Of a stretch of DNA of 64,000 nucleotides, positions 57,118 to 64,000 are shown one piece after another. This DNA is from Lingula anatina. Taxonomy: Eukaryota; Animalia; Brachiopoda. The first letter of the stretch is position 1; every line of letters begins with the position of its first letter. The notes under the pieces were generated by a model, which was not told the origin of the DNA, did no database searches, and was given only the letters and a program-made list of their open reading frames with translations. The stretch lies in the NCBI GenBank assembly GCA_051362555.1, contig CM120642.1:25482001-25546000 (forward strand), read 5' to 3'. The translations under genes and the position numbers were made by a program.

Positions 57118-59588
57118 ATGGAAGCGACGGTGAGGTTTTGTTGTTTTCTTATTCTCCTCTTAAATAAGTAATTATCAATGAAATTCTTCATGTGCTTTGG
57201 AAGTTGTTACAATATTTGAAAGAATTACTTTTTGATTGTCATTTAGTGGTGGATAAATATACACGTAATGGGAATAAATGCATGCATTTTCGCCTCAATT
57301 CCAAAGAAAGACTTGTATTTGGTGATACTTTTACTATAGTGATAGTGATACGACTGATATTAGTATTTTATTGCTTAATACTACTTTTGTTGCTGGTACT
57401 AAAAGTTATTTAAAATGGAATTTTGTCAACACGGATTTTAACATGAATTCTTAGAAACCAGATGATCACAGGCGGAAGTGGGACAAGGATGAGTTTGAGC
57501 GCCTTGCCAGGGAGCGACTGGAAGAGGAGTTGGGAGAACCTTCGGAAAAAGATGACAAACCAGTGAAGAGAGAACTACTGAAACCAAGAGATTACAGGGT
57601 AAATTAAAATTCCATTTACAATATATTAACTGCACCTTAAAAATAATACAACGGATGGAATTTGGGATAGTGGGCACTGTTAAAGATTTACGGAAGAAAG
57701 AATTAACCCCCCCCCCCTCCAAACACACACAACACATACACGCCCACCCACACACACACACAGGATTAATGCATTACAGCTGCTAAAGGAGATCATCTGA
57801 GATAGCCAAAAATTTTATATTTTAATGCAGTTAAATTTGTAGGTGAGTCAAGGTCAGAAACAATTGCAGAATAGTCAGTGTGGTGCAACAACATGTATGA
57901 AAGCCTACAATTTATCCAGACCACATATGTTTTTCTTCAGCTTTTCTCTAAGTTCTGTCAAATAACAGCCTAGTACATAAATATGCAAATAACCACATTT
58001 TGCGTGTTGCCTTTTTTCTTGCTTTTTAAGTTGACATTCCCCATGTAGGTAGTTTGCCCTTATCAACCCCAACTCATGAATTTTCTCTCACATTATTTTG
58101 TCTCATATGATGTCATGCAATGTTGACAGCCTTGTTTAGACTTGGATAATCACCTGTTGGGTTCAATTCCATCAGCAGGCAGTTATAATAGATAGAGACA
58201 CCCAAATAGGCCAATTTCAAGAATCTGATAGTCCATGTATCATGAACACTGCAAAAAATCAACAATGCCTTTTCAGCAAATAAATGCCTAACTTCTTTTT
58301 GTTCTATTTTAAGGTTTAATCACTGAAATAGTGCCCATCTAGAATTTCTGATAATTTAAGTCAGTGTTTACTTTAGAAGTTTATTTATTTATTTATTTTG
58401 TTTTATTGCCAGGTTGACCTTGAAGGAAAACTTGGTAGGTCCCAGGTTATCACCAAGACAACACCTTCATCACAGCAAGGAGGGTAAGTCTGTTTATCAG
58501 CCATTAACAATTTTGTATCATGTAATTTTAGCTGTCATGTTTTTTATGGCTTTTCACTCTAGGAACTTGACTCTTCATTCTGATGTGAAATGTCTTTTTT
58601 CCAGCTACTACTGCAATGTCTGTGACTGTGTGGTAAAAGATTCCACCAATTTTTTGGACCATATAAATGGCAAGAAACGTGAGTTTGAATAAAATTAGTA
58701 CCTACATGCTGGCACATGAAACTTTAGCCAAGTGCTTAGATTATGTTTTGCAAAATAATTTCTTGCTTGTAGTAAAATTGATAAAAATGTGAGTATATAT
58801 ATTGTGTATCAACTCATTTTACTTTTAACGACTCTCATGGGGCAAGCTCCTGATAAAATACCTCAATATGACACCTCACATTAGTTTACTATCAAGAAAA
58901 GTGGTCATTGCAATATATAGATTAAATAGGTCAAAATTACACATTTTATTTTTTAGATCAGCTTAATTTACTAAAATATGTCAAAATAACATTATTATTT
59001 TTTAGATCAGCGTAATTTGGGTATGTCTATGAAAGTTGAAAGGTCATCTTTAGATCAAGTAAAGAAAAGATTTGAATTAAACAAAAAGAAAAAGGAAGAA
59101 AAATTAAAAGAGTATGACTTTGAGGAAAGAATGAAGGAATTAAAAGAAGAGGTTGGTATTTTTATTTTTAGTTTGTATCAATAAAATCAGCCTTCTTGTA
59201 ATTTAAATTTAAGGCCATTGATAGGATTTTTTTAAATCAAAAAATTCCTTAAAAACTTACTTAAATGTTCTCAGTTTAATCTGGTATGGAAATGGTTAAT
59301 AAAAGTGTAGTGTAGATGATAAGTATGTATGAAGCATGTGTGTAGAATATGGTATTAGTTTCAAGTATTCAAGCGGCACTTTTAGTGATTTTAGCTGCAG
59401 TAAAATCTATTAAATTAACATTGTTATTGAGGGTCAAATTTATCTTGCAGGAGGAGAAGCAGAAAGTTTACAGAAAAGAGAAAAAGAAAGACAGGAAAAG
59501 GAAAGCAGATGGCGATTTAGATATGGACCAAGATCCTGAAATGGCAGCTCTGATGGGTTTTTCAGGATTTGGATCAACAAAGAAATGA
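57118..59588 (+). CDS. ZMAT2: Zinc finger matrin-type protein 2 (Snu23, spliceosome B-complex), 6 exons
   Basis: Exons 57118-57129 (MEAT), 57455-57598 ([15 protein letters not shown]...[10 protein letters not shown]), 58413-58483 (VDLEGKLG...), 58605-58678 ([24 protein letters not shown]), 59006-59151 ([23 protein letters not shown]...), 59451-59588 (...[16 protein letters not shown]), all GT-AG and in phase. Confidence 0.96.
58924..59018. repeat. About 49-bp tandem duplication of the ZMAT2 exon 5 splice acceptor
   Basis: AAATA.GTCAAAAT...ATTTTTTAGATCAGC.TAATTT occurs twice; acceptor AGs end at 58956 and 59005. Confidence 0.9.
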
Positions 59589-60737
59589 ATCTAGGTTTAG
59601 TTTTGTACACACATGGAATATTTTATGCATTTATTAAATGCTATGTGGTTACTCACATTGAGGATGGGTATATGTGGCATTGTACAGATTGAAGTGGCAT
59701 AATTGTTTGGCATGAGGATAATATTCTTCATAATTCACTTTAGTGGGACGTCTTGTACAGAAGTAGTATTATGCCATAGCCACAGCTATTATCATGGTGA
59801 TATGACAGAATTGGCCAGCTCACAAGGAAAACAAGTGTATTGGATTCCCTTTTTACACAGACTCCCACAGAAGTTCGAAAATATAACTGGTTCAGCTGAT
59901 AAGCTTTAATTTTAGCAGTCAGTTTATGTGGTTAAGAAAATAATCATGACATTGGCCCTTTTCCTCGACACCCAATAACAGTAATATAGTTTTGTGTGAA
60001 ATTGCATTATCCTTGAACATCCAACTTTATGGATTTTGTCATTTACAGATTGCTGATTTTGAATTAATTATAAGAATATTTTTCCCTTAAAATATATTTT
60101 ATTTTTGGAACAGTATCAGTTAATGACAGAATTATTTAAGTAGATAACGGTTTTTATAAAATCAGATAAATTAAAAAAGTAAATAAATAACTTTTAAACT
60201 GATAACTTGAAAAAAAATGGTTATTTTTATTAAATACAAAAACATTCTAAGAACTGTTCAACATAACCAAGACTACAATGCACTGGAACACTTAATTGCA
60301 CAACAATACAAACATTAACATACCAAATTGTATAAAACTTCTAACAAATAAACATTAAAAGTTATAAACTACTTCTGTCACATTTGCCTTAAACAAAGTT
60401 CATATAAGAAAACTTACACATTGTGGTAAAAGGACTAAAAATGCTTCTTACATTTGTGATATTTATAACAAAGGTAACTGCTCATTTCAAACTTATTCAC
60501 GAACAAACCTATAAAATCAACTTGGTTTGGAAGCAGTTATTTTGAAGAAGATAATAAAAGCAGCAGGAAAAACCCATCCCAATTTGACTGGTAGTGGATT
60601 AAAAAAAATTCAGAAAAGGTGAAAGATCACACTGCTGCTACTGGTTTTTGCAAGTTCACAATACTGTGATTAATTTCTATAACTCTATTAAATAAGCAAC
60701 TTTGCAATCTTTATCCTTTGGTATCAGCAATAAACAT

Positions 60738-63700
60738 TCATATTAAATTATCCCATTCATCGTCACCAGAAATGCTGTAATTAAAAGATCTGGTTCCACT
60801 GGAAATCAGCCTAGAAGAAATAAATTAAAAGTTTTTAGATGGTATCACTTTGTTTATTCATAGTTGCATTTTTTTTGCAGCGTTCACAAAATGTATTTTA
60901 TTTCCATTACTGCTTCAATGAACTGCAAAAACTAGCTGGCTTTAAATTACATTTTTTTATTCTGTAAAATATGAATGGCCTCTGCATACCTGCTTGTTGG
61001 CCTCACATTCTGATCACATGGAGTTCTTTCATCAAACATATCACACAAAATGCCCTGAGAGGTGTTCACAGAAGACACTGGAGAAGACTGAAACCAGAAA
61101 GCAAGCAAATATTTAGCTCGGTAGAAAAATATGCAGATTTTATTTTGTGAAATATGTTTTAAATATTTCTATTGGATAATATAACTGTATCAGATTATTA
61201 TTGGATTGTCCTTAATACAAAACTACATTTACAAATAATCCAAATACACTTCCTTTCTCTTACCACTAGATTTTGCATTCTGAATCTGCTTTTTGGCTCC
61301 CCCTGTTGATTTCTCTTCTTCTTTTGGACTGAAGAATTAAAGACAGGGTAATCCTCTGCCCAAGAGGAGTCCTGTGATGTTGGCCATTCCTGACAACTCT
61401 CTTGAACAGGGTGCTTCTCAGTTTCCAAGAAATCCTGAGATGCTGGAAGCCCCAAGGAAGTTTCCATTGAAGAAAGCAAGGACTGTAAGGCAGAGATTGT
61501 TGCTTGGTTCACTTTGCGTTTAGGTTGTGACTGTGCTTTTGCTTTCTTAGGATGAGTATTGGTGCCATATGTGTCCTTCTTCCTTGAAGAATTCCCACTC
61601 GTGGTAGTTGACTTGCTTTTTTGTACTGATCTACTGGTGTGTCTTTTTGGCTGAGGAGTTGCAGTCACCTGAAAACAATTGTTCAGCGTTTTTTATACAA
61701 TTATAATTTCTATTAAACATCATCTTACCAGTGAAATTTAAAAAAAAAAAGTATATTATGTACAGTAATGGAACTTGAATATGAAACTGAAGGTGCATAA
61801 ATTAATCCCCTTGATTCAGATGGACAAACTCAATATTACCTCACTCAAGCTACTAAGAGTCACTGATCTTGGAAGAGACCCACATGAAAAATTGTCATCA
61901 TCCTCCTCCTCATCATCAATGACAGCAGTGGATAGAGCCAGTACTTCATCATTGGCAGCTCTCATTATTCTGCGCATTGCCATGATACTCTTACACACTG
62001 TCCAGTTAGAGCTGGTTTCCTCCCTATCTCCTATAGAATTGTGAAGCAAAATTACTTACGTATACATCAGATTTAAAAATGTTAATTTTTATGGTACTTT
62101 TAACATTTATGACTGCATACTGTATTGATTTTTCTTACTTTATCCTACTGTTATACTTTACATAACTATATCCTCATATATCCAATATACCGTGAAAAAT
62201 TATAACAACTTACAACTGGATTCAAAATATTTACTTTCAGATTCAATGGCTATCATCTATTCTTAGAACTTCATCAAAGTTTACTTGCCTGAAGAAAATG
62301 ACCTAAACAGTTCAAAATAATCCTCTTCTTCATCATCATGTGACATTCTGGTATGTGACTGGGCTGCTGTCTTTGGTCTTGTTCTTCTAGATTTGATGCG
62401 AGATAATTTAGGGCTCTCCTGAAAGCTACTGGTGAATTGTGAGGAAATCCTAATTTGGTTTTGGATTAGCTCTTCATCCGACTCTTCATTTTTGGTCTGT
62501 TCTCGAGTTCTTTTATTCAACTGTAATGGCAAAGATCAACTTATAATACTTTTATCCTATTTGCTCTAGGGTCAACCTTGATATGAATAATTTAAACTAA
62601 ATACTTTCCTTTAGTTCAAAAGTATATTGTCTTAAATGATTTCCAAAAGGTTTTTTGTGCTTAACTTATATCTAGCACTTGATTAATACAATAATTTTTT
62701 TAATGAAATTAAAAATAGTCTTGCCTTAATACAAGAAGCATCCATCACCAATTTTTAATAAGCTCTTGTATTTCTCAGAAATTTCAAGTAACAAATATAA
62801 ACATATCCTTAATTACATACCATCTTGTTCTGTGAAGGTGTAAAGAAAAGGTGTCTGTTGGTTTGCAATACAAATCTCTCTTCACTTTCCTCCAGCAAAT
62901 CATCATCATCAGCTAAGGTCTGTTCAGGACTGTATGACGCAATGCTGTAGGTTTGACTAGCATCTCCAGCTGGGCCCATGGGTAGTTTCCTAGCCACACT
63001 AAGACCTAAAAGAAAGCATAATTATCTATCATTTCTATAAAATACCCACTACAAATGAACCAATAAAAGAAAATTAAAATCAATCAAAACCATGGAAAAC
63101 CCACTGTGACCATTACGTTCCTTTTCAAGAATAGTTTTGCAATTTTCAAGAAATGCTTTGTAAATGGAGAGGATTTATCCATTTTCTTTATCAAGAAAAT
63201 ATAAACATTTACCTTTTCCATTTGATGTGTTTCGTGGTCTGTTCTTAGTGGATTGCTCCTTTACTCCACTATCTGGTGTCTTCAGTGCCTCACGCTGCTT
63301 ATTTTTCTTCTTGTCTCTGCACCTGGTAGAACTCTCTGTAAGTTCAGTAGTGCTTTCTTGTGATCGGCATAAGTCCTCAAACATCCTCACTATTGAACGA
63401 CAGGAGCTGGATGGTTCTTGTATCTGTTTGCTGTTATATTCTGAATCGATGCTGGACTGACTATCATTTACTCCCTCAAATTCATCCATGCCAAGACACC
63501 TTTTGGACTTATACTGTGTTTCCTCCGGGTATTTCTTTCCATGCCACTGTTTCTTTTTAGATTCGACAAGTTCAGAAGATCTACTAATGTCTTTGGGCTT
63601 TTCTTTTACACTACAGTATTCACCTCTCACAGGAGTATTTTGCTTCTGCTTTGATTGAGTTGGTAACTTTGATAAATCATGCAATGGCAGAGCCATTTCA

Positions 63701-64000
63701 TCTTGTGATGATTGTATGTCAGCACCAAGGAGGTCTATTGCTAGTGTATCCAACATGGGCACCACATCTAATGAAGATTCCACACTGGACTGGCTACCTG
63801 GTGCTGTGTGAGATGTTTGTGCAACTGACCTTTCAGATAACTGGAAACTTGCCTCTGTATCAACATCAGAAAATACAGAAGGCCGTTTCTTTCTTCCAAG
63901 AATTATGTCAGTAAAAGATGGACTAGTGCGATCTTCAAATATCTCAAACCTAGACCTCTTTGGCGATCTGTTGAACTTTGCGCATGTTTCTCTTTTGAGG
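60738..64000 (-). CDS. Unidentified protein, 3' part; Ser/Lys/acidic, SQ/TQ-rich, probably disordered
   Basis: Phase-consistent exons >64000-63213, 63005-62821, 62520-62289, 62030-61840, 61668-61264, 61087-60990, 60810-60738 (ends ...SGDDEWDNLI*). Frame is open to the right edge. No family recognised. Confidence 0.8.

Overview
AT-rich metazoan (probably invertebrate, lophotrochozoan-like) genomic DNA with spliceosomal introns; most ORFs in the supplied track are spurious or exon fragments. Six genes were reconstructed by hand from splice sites and reading phase: (1) an MTMR6/7/8-type myotubularin phosphatase on the minus strand (exons 1-7 in window, continuing off the left edge), head-to-head with (2) NUP58 (plus strand, 15 exons), the same arrangement as in human; (3) FAM114A-family gene (minus strand, 13 coding exons); (4) an intronless ERGIC2 CDS (minus strand) just upstream of FAM114A; (5) ZMAT2/Snu23 (plus strand, 6 exons); (6) the 3' part of an unidentified SQ/TQ-rich disordered protein (minus strand) with a probable GC-AG intron. 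The most interesting inferred structures are: a candidate array of alternative ATG-bearing first exons in MTMR intron 1, all splicing in phase 0; a probable shared non-coding leader exon serving both ERGIC2 and FAM114A, with a recursive-splice-like CAG|GTGAG site at the ERGIC2 acceptor; a palindromic two-way poly(A) signal between convergent NUP58 and FAM114A; a duplicated frameshifting acceptor in ZMAT2; and a Helentron/HINE-like element filling most of a NUP58 intron. No transcript data or database searches were available; all exon usage is inferred.
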